Positions 23,082 through 30,674 of a stretch of 32,000 bases of DNA are shown one piece after another. Position 1 is the stretch's first letter; every line of letters begins with the position of its first letter. This DNA is from Candidatus Saccharimonadota bacterium (GTDB lineage: Bacteria; Patescibacteriota; Patescibacteriia; 2-12-FULL-60-25), in assembly GCA_022843095.1 (NCBI GenBank), contig JALHOH010000001.1, positions 360,001 to 392,000 of the forward strand, in the 5' to 3' direction. The notes under the pieces are model-generated. The model was given only the letters and a program-made list of their open reading frames with translations, was not told the origin of the DNA and made no database searches. Position numbers and translations under genes: made by a program.

Positions 23082-23153
23082 TCATGAATACCCGCATTCG
23101 ACGTTTTGATGTGCGGTACGTACACTTGAACTATTCATTCATTGTTTTGATGT

Positions 23154-23930
23154 ATGGCGCAAGACACAACGGGTCGCGGATTGGTCGTTCCGGCGATTAT
23201 TCTCACCCTCGGGATCGTGTTGTCGGCAGGGCTCGCGGCAAAGGCGTATGAACGTGGTCGCATGGCAGATAACGAGGTGTCCGTGACCGGTTCGGCAGAG
23301 CGCGAAATCGAATCCGACGTTGGTAAGTGGTCGTTTCGAATCACGCGGACGGCGGAAGGATCCGCGCTTCAGGCCGGGACGGCGCAGTTGAAAAAAGATG
23401 TGGAAGAAGTCCGAGGGTATCTGCGTGGACAGGGGGTCAAAGAAACGGAGATCTCGGTTCAGCCCCCACAGACTTCGATTGTGTGTGACAGCCAGCAAAA
23501 CGTGATCTACGGTGCCTCTGGCGATCAGTTGTGTGGCGGCAATCGCATTGTGGGCTATAGTTTTTCCCAGAATATCGTCGTTGAGACACGCGAGCCGGGG
23601 CAGTTGGGGAAAATTGCCGAAGAGGCAACGAACCAGCTGGCAGGAAAGGGGATTGTACTCAATTCTGGGGGCGTCGAATTCTTTTACAGCAAACTTCGTG
23701 AATTAAAGCTTGAGATGTTGGGGGAAGCGACCAAGGATGCAACCGAGCGGGCGCGAAAAATCGTGGAATCCGCAGACGCGAAACTGGGAGCGGTACGATC
23801 GGCTGGGATGGGCGTTTTCCAGGTGACCGCGCCAAACAGCATCGATATCTCGGATTACGGGGCGTATGACACGAGTTCGATCAAAAAGAAGGTGACGGCG
23901 ATCGTGCGAGCGAGTTACGCAGTGAAGTAA
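23154..23930 (+). CDS. SIMPL-domain (DUF541) protein
   Basis: N-terminal TM, then VSVTGSAEREIESDVGKWSFRI... and C-terminal KKKVTAIVRASYAV, typical of SIMPL / 26-kDa periplasmic immunogenic protein family members. Confidence 0.75.
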   Translation: MAQDTTGRGLVVPAIILTLGIVLSAGLAAKAYERGRMADNEVSVTGSAEREIESDVGKWSFRITRTAEGSALQAGTAQLKKDVEEVRGYLRGQGVKETEISVQPPQTSIVCDSQQNVIYGASGDQLCGGNRIVGYSFSQNIVVETREPGQLGKIAEEATNQLAGKGIVLNSGGVEFFYSKLRELKLEMLGEATKDATERARKIVESADAKLGAVRSAGMGVFQVTAPNSIDISDYGAYDTSSIKKKVTAIVRASYAVK

Positions 23931-23931
23931 G

Positions 23932-23959
23932 AAAAAAACGGGCCGAGTGCCCGTTTTTT
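23932..23959. terminator. Bidirectional terminator between convergent genes
   Basis: AAAAAAA-ACGGGC-CGAGT-GCCCGT-TTTTTT. It overlaps the stop codon of the minus-strand PH-domain gene. Confidence 0.8.
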
Positions 23960-24560
23960 ATTTCTTGCGGTTATCTTCGATGGTATCGGCATCGTCCGGC
24001 ATTCCAAATTCTTCCACCGCCGTGTCCAGCTGTTCGCGCCGTTCTCGTTCGGACAGTTCCAGGACGCGTTTTGCGATGTCGTTTGGGCGAGGGATTTCTT
24101 CAAACACAATGCGTACTTTTGCCCCGGCCGATTGAATCTCGACATTCCCGTAGTTTAGCATCGTCGGCAAAAGGCCATTCACGGTGGCGGTCACATCTTG
24201 GACGCGATAGAGCCGAAGTTCGGACACCGTTCGGCTAAAGAGCCCGGTTTGTTCGATATTCAGAATACGTTTGGTCGTGACGATCCAGGAATCCAGGTAA
24301 TAATCCAGGTACTGCTGGTACAAAAAGAGCCACGCGAACAGAAAAATGGCAGAGGCGAGCAACACAGCAAGGGGCTGACCGGTCGTGCTTTGCCACCAGG
24401 TTGGTTCAAAGGAAAAAATGTACCAGGCAAGCGCGATCGGCGTTGCGAGGACGATGGCGAAGGTAAAAAAGAGGCTGGTGAGCGTGATGGGATGGCGCCG
24501 CAAAAAGTACACCAATTCTTCATTGGGGAGTTGGTTTGGAAGATGGTGGAGATCCATCAT
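23958..24560 (-). CDS. Membrane-anchored bacterial PH-domain (bPH_2 / YdbS-YdbT-like) protein
   Basis: ELVYFLRRHPITL, two TM segments, then VTTKRILNIEQTGLFSRTVSELRLYRVQDVTATVNGLLPTMLNYGNVEIQSAG. Confidence 0.7.
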   Translation of the reverse strand: MMDLHHLPNQLPNEELVYFLRRHPITLTSLFFTFAIVLATPIALAWYIFSFEPTWWQSTTGQPLAVLLASAIFLFAWLFLYQQYLDYYLDSWIVTTKRILNIEQTGLFSRTVSELRLYRVQDVTATVNGLLPTMLNYGNVEIQSAGAKVRIVFEEIPRPNDIAKRVLELSERERREQLDTAVEEFGMPDDADTIEDNRKK

Positions 24561-24571
24561 AGGAGGTGGAA

Positions 24572-24820
24572 TTACGGCGCAAAACCGATGGAGATCGGGG
24601 CAAAGAGTTCAACCGTTTGTGTCCAATCCACCGTCGCGATGTACAGTCCGCAGGCGATGAGTGCAGACGCAGAAACGACGACAAACAGCCCGGTCGAGAT
24701 GTATGCGCCGGCCGTGGCAACGCTATAGCGCAGGTTCATGCCAAGCGTCAGAAGCGCGCCAATACCAAACAGGCCGACCAGGACAAGCCAGGCGATTAAG
24801 AAATACACGAGGGGAATCAT
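24572..24820 (-). CDS. Small hypothetical membrane protein (82 aa, about 3 TM)
   Basis: Minus-strand ATG at 24820 overlaps the ruvB stop (ATGA). Sequence [26 protein letters not shown]... The track start at 24856 would overlap ruvB. Confidence 0.5.
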   Translation of the reverse strand: MIPLVYFLIAWLVLVGLFGIGALLTLGMNLRYSVATAGAYISTGLFVVVSASALIACGLYIATVDWTQTVELFAPISIGFAP

Positions 24821-25866
24821 GACAAAAGTATACCTTGTCGCGTTGGAATCACACAATTGAGGTGTGCGTAGGCGTGTTCGGTGGCCACGCGACCGCGGGG
24901 GGTGCGAGCCAGCATCCCTTCCTGCAACAAAAAGGGTTCAATCACTTCTTCCAAGGTTTCTACCTCTTCCGCCGTTGCGGCGGCGAGCGTCGTGAGTCCC
25001 ACGGGTCCGCCGTTGAATTTTTCGATCAACGTACGCAGGGTGCGGCGATCTGCTTCATCCAAGCCGCGCGCGTCGATTTCAAGCGCATCCAGCGCGCGAT
25101 CCACGACATCCGCGGAAAGGAGTCCGTTTGCCATGACCTGTCCGTAATCGCGGACGCGTTTGAGTAGGCGATTGCCGATGCGTGGCGTACGGCGTGCCCG
25201 ATGGGCGATGCGTTCGAGCGCCGTTGATTCCATGGGAATACTGAGTAGCTGCGCGCTGCGATCCAGAATATCGCGCATTTCAACGGGCGTATAAAAATCC
25301 AGATGAAACACAACGCCAAACCGATCGCGGAGCGGTGCGGAGAGGAGCGAGAGTCGTGTGGTTGCGCCAACCAGCGTAAATCGTTTGAGATCCAGACGGA
25401 GCGTCCGAGCCGTTGGACCTTTGCCAATCACGATATCCAACGCAAAGTCCTCCATCGCAGGGTAAAGCACCTCTTCGATGGATCGGTTCATGCGATGGAT
25501 TTCATCGATAAACAAGATATCACCGTCCTCCAAGTTGGTGAGAATCGCGGCAAGATCACCCACTTTTTCGAGCGCAGGACCGCTTGTGACCTTGATGGGC
25601 GCCCCCATTTCGGCCGCAATCACATGAGCGAGCGATGTTTTTCCTAGCCCCGGCGGACCATAAAACAGGATGTGCTCGCAGGGTTCCCCACGTCCTTTCG
25701 CGGCATGCAAGAAGATGCGCAGGTTTTCTTTGACCTTTGTTTGCCCCACGAACTCGCTTAGATTTTTTGGACGCAACGCAACATCAAACCCGCGATCCGT
25801 TTCTTGCGCATCCGGAGCGATCAGTCGTGGTTCTTGGTCGACGTCCTGAAAAAACGAGGAATCCAT
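24817..25866 (-). CDS. ruvB: Holliday junction branch-migration helicase RuvB
   Basis: [22 protein letters not shown], Walker [16 protein letters not shown], full-length colinear RuvB pattern. Confidence 0.95.
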   Translation of the reverse strand: MDSSFFQDVDQEPRLIAPDAQETDRGFDVALRPKNLSEFVGQTKVKENLRIFLHAAKGRGEPCEHILFYGPPGLGKTSLAHVIAAEMGAPIKVTSGPALEKVGDLAAILTNLEDGDILFIDEIHRMNRSIEEVLYPAMEDFALDIVIGKGPTARTLRLDLKRFTLVGATTRLSLLSAPLRDRFGVVFHLDFYTPVEMRDILDRSAQLLSIPMESTALERIAHRARRTPRIGNRLLKRVRDYGQVMANGLLSADVVDRALDALEIDARGLDEADRRTLRTLIEKFNGGPVGLTTLAAATAEEVETLEEVIEPFLLQEGMLARTPRGRVATEHAYAHLNCVIPTRQGILLS

Positions 25867-25875
25867 AACGGAAAA

Positions 25876-26631
25876 CTATCCATGCGGAACAAGTTGTTTG
25901 ATAAGTGCGATGAGCGTGATGCCGGCAACGGTGAGTGCGATCCCAAGTCGAGACGGTTTGCCTTCATGTGCTTCAGGAAGGAGTTCTGAAAGGGGGAGGT
26001 GGATGAAGAGGCCGGCAAGCGCTGAAAGAAATAGCGTGGTTGCCATGGGCGAGGGGGTCAGAAATTGGCCCGTCGCGAGGCCGAAGAGTGGCAGAAGAAC
26101 GATGGCGGAGAGTGCGACGTAGGTGCGTGAACGACGCTCGGAGCCACCGGATTTTGCAAACAAGGTCACGGTGGTCATGCCATCGGTCAGTTTGTGGAGC
26201 ATGAGACCAAGGGTGACCAAAATACCCAAGCGTTCATTGGCCGCAAAGCCACCTCCAATGGCGAGTCCATCCAAAAATGCGTGAAACCCCATGCCGGAGA
26301 TGCGTGTCCAGGGGCGCGCCGGATGTTCTTCGTGGTGGGTATTTGCGCAGGGGTGTTCGTGGCCTTCATGTCCATGAAAATCGAAGACTTTATCCAAGAC
26401 ATGAAAGAGAAGGACGGTTGCGAGCGCCATCCCGCCTACGAATTCTCCGGATAATCCAGCTTCTCCCGCATGTTCGAACGCCTCAGGAAGGAGATCTAAA
26501 AAAGCGAGGCCCAAGAGGACGCCCCCCGAAAGCGAAAGCCAGGGGCGGAGTGTTTGGCGAGTCCGAAGGACGATCCACCCGCCAAGCAAGGTGGCGGCGA
26601 CCGGAAGGAGAAGGGCAAGTAGCGGAGGCAT
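25876..26631 (-). CDS. ZIP-family divalent metal transporter (ZupT-like)
   Basis: HAFLDGLAIG, HKLTDGM, a His-rich loop (HGHEGHEHPCANTHHEEH), LSELLPEAHEG. Minus-strand ATG 26631 (MPPLLALLLPV) is preferred to the track start at 26721. Confidence 0.8.
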   Translation of the reverse strand: MPPLLALLLPVAATLLGGWIVLRTRQTLRPWLSLSGGVLLGLAFLDLLPEAFEHAGEAGLSGEFVGGMALATVLLFHVLDKVFDFHGHEGHEHPCANTHHEEHPARPWTRISGMGFHAFLDGLAIGGGFAANERLGILVTLGLMLHKLTDGMTTVTLFAKSGGSERRSRTYVALSAIVLLPLFGLATGQFLTPSPMATTLFLSALAGLFIHLPLSELLPEAHEGKPSRLGIALTVAGITLIALIKQLVPHG

Positions 26632-26702
26632 AGCGCTAGCGTACGCGTTCCGAGCGGGGGCGTACAGTGTTCGAATCCCACAAAAACGGGTACTATCCCG
26701 CC

Positions 26703-27347
26703 ATGTCCTGGATTCTTTCATTTGCGGATTATTTTTTGCATCTCGACGTTCATCTCGGGAGTCTCATTGCACAGTATGGCTCTGCGACGTATGGCGTCTT
26801 GTTTTTGATCATTTTTTGCGAGACAGGGCTGGTGGTTACGCCGTTTCTTCCGGGGGATTCGTTGTTGTTTGCGACCGGCGCCTTTGCCGCGCTTGGATCG
26901 CTGAATGTTCTCACGGCATTTGTGCTGCTTGTTCTTGCTGCGATTTTGGGAGATTCGGTGAACTATGCGGTAGGGCGTCGGTTGGGGCCTGCGGCGGTCG
27001 AACAAGCGCATGGACGGTGGCTAAAGCGTGAGCATTTGGAGCGAACCCAGCGGTTTTTTGAAACGCATGGCGCAAAGACGATCATCTTGGCGCGGTTTGT
27101 CCCGATTGTGCGGACGATCGCCCCCTTTGTCGCAGGGGTCGGCCAGATGCACTATCGTCGATTTGTGGCGTACAATGTGGCTGGAGGGATTTTGTGGGTG
27201 GGGATTTTTCTCTTTGCCGGATTCTTGTTTGGAAATGTCCCGGTGGTGAAGAAGAACTTTACGCTTGTGGTGTTTGCGATCATCGGTATTTCGCTTCTGC
27301 CGGGGGTGTGGGAATGGTGGCGGGGACGGGGGAAGCGGGGGACGTGA
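26703..27347 (+). CDS. DedA-family membrane protein
   Basis: FCETGLVVTPFLPGDSLLFATGAF, GDSVNYAVGRRLG, ILARFVPIVRTIAPFVAGV. TACTAT (26691-26696) lies 6 nt upstream of ATG 26703. Confidence 0.85.
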   Translation: MSWILSFADYFLHLDVHLGSLIAQYGSATYGVLFLIIFCETGLVVTPFLPGDSLLFATGAFAALGSLNVLTAFVLLVLAAILGDSVNYAVGRRLGPAAVEQAHGRWLKREHLERTQRFFETHGAKTIILARFVPIVRTIAPFVAGVGQMHYRRFVAYNVAGGILWVGIFLFAGFLFGNVPVVKKNFTLVVFAIIGISLLPGVWEWWRGRGKRGT

Positions 27348-27380
27348 CGCGGGCGTTTCGCTGTGATACAACCACGCCGT

Positions 27381-27469
27381 GCCCGGGTGGTGGAATTGGT
27401 AGACACGACGGACTTAAAATTCGTTGCCCTTCATCGGGCTTGCGGGTTCGATTCCCGCCCTGGGCACCA
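27381..27469 (+). tRNA. tRNA-Leu (anticodon TAA), type II with long variable arm, CCA encoded
   Basis: Folded by hand. Acceptor GCCCGGG/CCTGGGC (one G-U). Anticodon stem ACGGA/TTCGT with loop CTTAAAA. Variable-arm hairpin GCCC..GGGC. T arm GCGGG-TTCGATT-CCCGC. Discriminator A plus CCA. Confidence 0.9.
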
Positions 27470-27470
27470 T

Positions 27471-27502
27471 AAAAAACATCCCCCATTCCGGGGATGTTTT
27501 TT
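27471..27502. terminator. Bidirectional terminator shared by tRNA-Leu and the convergent 613-aa gene
   Basis: AAAA-AACATCCCC-CATTCC-GGGGATGTT-TTTT. The T-tract overlaps the minus-strand stop codon at 27501-27503. Confidence 0.8.
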
Positions 27503-29342
27503 AGTCGACGTCTTCTCCCAGATCAAACTCCGTTGGGTCATAGACGCCATCGACTCCCAGGGGTTGCGTCGGTGGCGCGAACCAGCGCGCGCGATCGGCG
27601 TCAGTGGGTTCTGGTCGAAGTTCCATCCCGTAACTTGCCGCGAGGCGGTTGTACTGTGTGCGCAGTTCCCGAAACAGCGCGTAGGTCGCAGAGAGCCAGT
27701 CGCGGGTGGATTCCGGGAGGTCTTCGACGGCTAATAGGCGCTCTGCGAGTTCATCCATGGTCTGGGCGTCGCGTTTGATATCCAACATCTGTTTCAGTTT
27801 TTCATCATGCTGCAACACCCGTTCCGGGCGTTTATCAAACACCGATGCGTTATTGTGCTGTAGGTCAAACACATGATCCAGATAGGGGACATTTGGTGTG
27901 TCTGTGCGCCACAAGATTTCCGCGGTGCGCGCAATTTCTGCCCAGGGTTCTCCGCCAAATAAATGTGCCCAACCAGGTTCGAGAAAGCGGATGGACGCAG
28001 CCCGAAGGTACGAGCGGATTTCTTCGGAGGTGCCGAGGCGAAGAAACGTATCGGCCGGCCGACACGTCTCCGTCGTTTCATGTTCACGGTGATAAATGAA
28101 GGTAGGTGTTTTGTAGACGGGACGTACCTCAACCGGCGGGGAGAGGAGGGCGGCGGAATTTTCGACAAAATCTTGATGCGTAATCTCGCTCATCACCGCA
28201 TCGAGCAGATATTCTCGGATCCACGCATGCATTTCTTCCACCTGCGCGCGATGCTCTTTTCGCGTCCGTTCGATGGAAGCGGCGAATCGGCGACGATGTG
28301 ACGAAAGATTGGATTCTTCCCGTCCCTCTTCTTTTTGCGCAAATGCATGAAGCATTTGATCGGTTTCGAAATCAAACAGGTTGGAGACGTAGAATCGGGT
28401 CAGGGCATCTTCGACCCGGATGCGTTCGCCGCTACCATAGCGCACTTCACGGGGTACACGTGTTTCCCGCCGTTCGTGTTCTTCTGTCGCGCGAAGCTGG
28501 ATCCGTCTGACAAATGCCGGATCAAAGCGAATATCATGATCAAGAAGTGGCTCGAGCAGCGCATCCGCATCGGCGTAAAGGCCCATTTCATCACAGGTTT
28601 TTACCTCTTTGATGGCCTGCTTGAGGAGCTCTCGTGGGAGAGGTTCTTGTTCGGGGTCCCAAAGCAACATGAGTGTGCGTCCAGCGACAACCGGTCGGCC
28701 AGATCGAAGCGCTTCCTGAACGATGGGAGCGCGTTCTTTACGGAGTTCGGCATCTTGAAAAAGGAGTTGGAGATCCGTTGTCGTTTGCGCGTCTGTGTAC
28801 AGTTCGGAAAAATCCGCGTCCGAAAACACGCGATCTAATTGAAAAAATGTGTGCGCCGTTGGTCGATGGAGGAGTTCATCACGAAAGATCCGTGAACGAT
28901 CCGACGGGATAAATGCTTCGGCTGTACGCAGCATGTGTAAGCGTACTTCCGGCGGAAAAATCCCGACACGGATCAGATCGTCCGTTTCGTCCGCGTTGTA
29001 GGGGAGGTCGTGAAAACGGTTGAATTCAGTATGGGGAACGATGGTGCGTTTATCGTATATCGAAACGTGCGGATAACGCGCCTTGGTCGCGGCCATCAGC
29101 ATGCGGTAGTGCGTGGGGGAAAGGCCGGAAAAGACATTGGTCATCAGATGAAGAATGCGGGGGCTTTTGGATCGTGGGATAAACAGCGTAATGGCATGGT
29201 TCCATTCTTCCGGAGGGATCCCCTTGTTCACGAGCGTCTTTCCAAAATCAGGAACGCTGATCGGGGCCTCAAGAATCGAAGAGGACCGCGTTTCGCGGGA
29301 GGGGTCTTGCGGCGGTCTGGCGGAATAGAAATCTTTGCCCAT
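27501..29342 (-). CDS. Orphan 613-aa cytoplasmic protein; no recognisable domain
   Basis: Long uninterrupted ORF of normal composition and an acidic C-terminus. No TM, signal or catalytic motif that I recognise. Start moved to minus-strand ATG 29342 (MGKDFYSARPP...), because the track's extra 140 aa are R/S/C-rich and overlap the divergent gene. Confidence 0.6.
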   Translation of the reverse strand: MGKDFYSARPPQDPSRETRSSSILEAPISVPDFGKTLVNKGIPPEEWNHAITLFIPRSKSPRILHLMTNVFSGLSPTHYRMLMAATKARYPHVSIYDKRTIVPHTEFNRFHDLPYNADETDDLIRVGIFPPEVRLHMLRTAEAFIPSDRSRIFRDELLHRPTAHTFFQLDRVFSDADFSELYTDAQTTTDLQLLFQDAELRKERAPIVQEALRSGRPVVAGRTLMLLWDPEQEPLPRELLKQAIKEVKTCDEMGLYADADALLEPLLDHDIRFDPAFVRRIQLRATEEHERRETRVPREVRYGSGERIRVEDALTRFYVSNLFDFETDQMLHAFAQKEEGREESNLSSHRRRFAASIERTRKEHRAQVEEMHAWIREYLLDAVMSEITHQDFVENSAALLSPPVEVRPVYKTPTFIYHREHETTETCRPADTFLRLGTSEEIRSYLRAASIRFLEPGWAHLFGGEPWAEIARTAEILWRTDTPNVPYLDHVFDLQHNNASVFDKRPERVLQHDEKLKQMLDIKRDAQTMDELAERLLAVEDLPESTRDWLSATYALFRELRTQYNRLAASYGMELRPEPTDADRARWFAPPTQPLGVDGVYDPTEFDLGEDVD

Positions 29343-29412
29343 AGGATTGACGTCACGCGAAAAAAGTGGTACGGAACCGTCTGTCCAACAGGGTACCACA
29401 AAGGAGGACACC

Positions 29413-30063
29413 ATGGACGAGCAAGGAGCATTGCGCGTCACGGTAGTGCGCCATGCACAGGCGCTGTACACGGATCTGCATCTGACGCCACGGGAGCGCG
29501 AGTCGATTGCCCTCCTGCAGGCAAACGATCTGACGGATGAGGGAATTCGACAGGCGCTGGTGCTCGCCGACGCGCTCTCCGACGGATGGATGAACGGGGA
29601 GCGATTCGTGGCCTGGACGTCACCGTACGCGCGGTGTCGCCAAACGGCGCGAATCGTGCGAGATCGTCTGCTGATGAGAGGGATCTCCCACCGTTCCCAC
29701 AAGGAAGGGATCGTGATGATCCCGCATCTGGAGGAGTACCGGTCGGTCGGTGCACGTGGCAAGGGAACGACGCCGCTTTTTGCGGTCGAACGGTTGCTGC
29801 ATCTTCTCGCGCGCGTTCAGGTGGAGGTGCCAACGCATCTCCTGATCGTGACACACGACATCAAGACGCAGCGGCTGGGGTTCGGGGTCTTCGGGGTGGA
29901 ACAGTTCCCGAACGGGTTTCCGAACGCCGTCGGGGTGGAGCTTGTCCGCGCCGAAAAGGACTTCCGCGCGACGCGTGGCGTTTGCACGGATGCTTCCCTC
30001 CAGACGGACGAGCCGATCCTCGCGTATCTTGCGCGGGAATGGGGGACGGAAAGGGATTTCTAG
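29413..30063 (+). CDS. Histidine phosphatase (phosphoglycerate-mutase-like) family protein
   Basis: SD AAGGAGG lies 5 nt upstream. LRVTVVRHAQA (RHx catalytic motif), TSPYARCRQTA, LIVTHD. Confidence 0.65.
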   Translation: MDEQGALRVTVVRHAQALYTDLHLTPRERESIALLQANDLTDEGIRQALVLADALSDGWMNGERFVAWTSPYARCRQTARIVRDRLLMRGISHRSHKEGIVMIPHLEEYRSVGARGKGTTPLFAVERLLHLLARVQVEVPTHLLIVTHDIKTQRLGFGVFGVEQFPNGFPNAVGVELVRAEKDFRATRGVCTDASLQTDEPILAYLAREWGTERDF

Positions 30064-30071
30064 ACGCAAGG

Positions 30072-30099
30072 CCCCGCACCATCTGGTGCGGGGTTTTTT
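30072..30099. terminator. Bidirectional terminator between convergent genes
   Basis: CCCCGCACC-ATCT-GGTGCGGGG followed by TTTTTT. Confidence 0.85.
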
Positions 30100-30102
30100 G
30101 GA

Positions 30103-30666
30103 TCAAAACGTGAGTGATCCGCGAAATCCACGTGCGGCGTAATACGAGGACGCGCCATTGTGATAGACGAACACCGTATCATACCGACGATCCATGAAAA
30201 GCGCGCCCCCTTTTTGGCGGATGCGCGCAGGGGTTTCGATCCAGCTTGATGTTTTCTGATCAAATGCGCCGAGCGTCTGGAGGTACCGATAGTCATCTTC
30301 AGAAAGAAGCGTAATCCCGAGGGCGCGCGCGACTTCTGTCGCTGCATTTTTGGGTGGATGCTCTGTGCGTGCGTTGAGCGCGTCGCGATCGTAGCAGAGG
30401 CTACGCCGTCCGGCCGGGCTTTCGGCTGCGCAATCAAACCAGCGGAATGCCCCTGTTTTTTTCTCTTTTCCGACCACATCCGGTTCGCCACCCGTGTCCT
30501 CCATCTGAAACAGCGACCACGTCCCTTCGGGATGGTCCAGAAGCCGAGCCTCGACCTGGTGCCAGGTGATGCCAGCATGACGTTCCGGATGCGCAAGAAA
30601 CCGTCGCTCCAGCGTTTCAAGAAACGATGCTTGCTGTGCGTTTGTGAGCGTTTTTCGTGTGGCCAT
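30103..30666 (-). CDS. DUF4256-family protein
   Basis: MEDTGGEPDVV, FDCAAESPAGRRSLCYD, TSSWIETPARIRQKGGALFMDRRYDTVFVYHNGASSYYAARGFRGSL matches my recollection of the DUF4256 signature. Confidence 0.7.
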   Translation of the reverse strand: MATRKTLTNAQQASFLETLERRFLAHPERHAGITWHQVEARLLDHPEGTWSLFQMEDTGGEPDVVGKEKKTGAFRWFDCAAESPAGRRSLCYDRDALNARTEHPPKNAATEVARALGITLLSEDDYRYLQTLGAFDQKTSSWIETPARIRQKGGALFMDRRYDTVFVYHNGASSYYAARGFRGSLTF

Positions 30667-30674
30667 AGCGGCGG

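Noticed and set aside
23126-23153. Promoter for the SIMPL gene (TTGAAC at 23126-23131)
   Set aside because: No acceptable -10 hexamer lies at 16-19 nt spacing upstream of ATG 23154, so the call would be guesswork.
29343-29762. 140-aa N-terminal extension of the 753-aa minus-strand ORF
   Set aside because: Its composition is R/S/C-rich and non-protein-like. It lies antisense to the well-supported histidine-phosphatase gene (SD plus RHA motif). An internal ATG at 29342 gives a sensible divergent arrangement.
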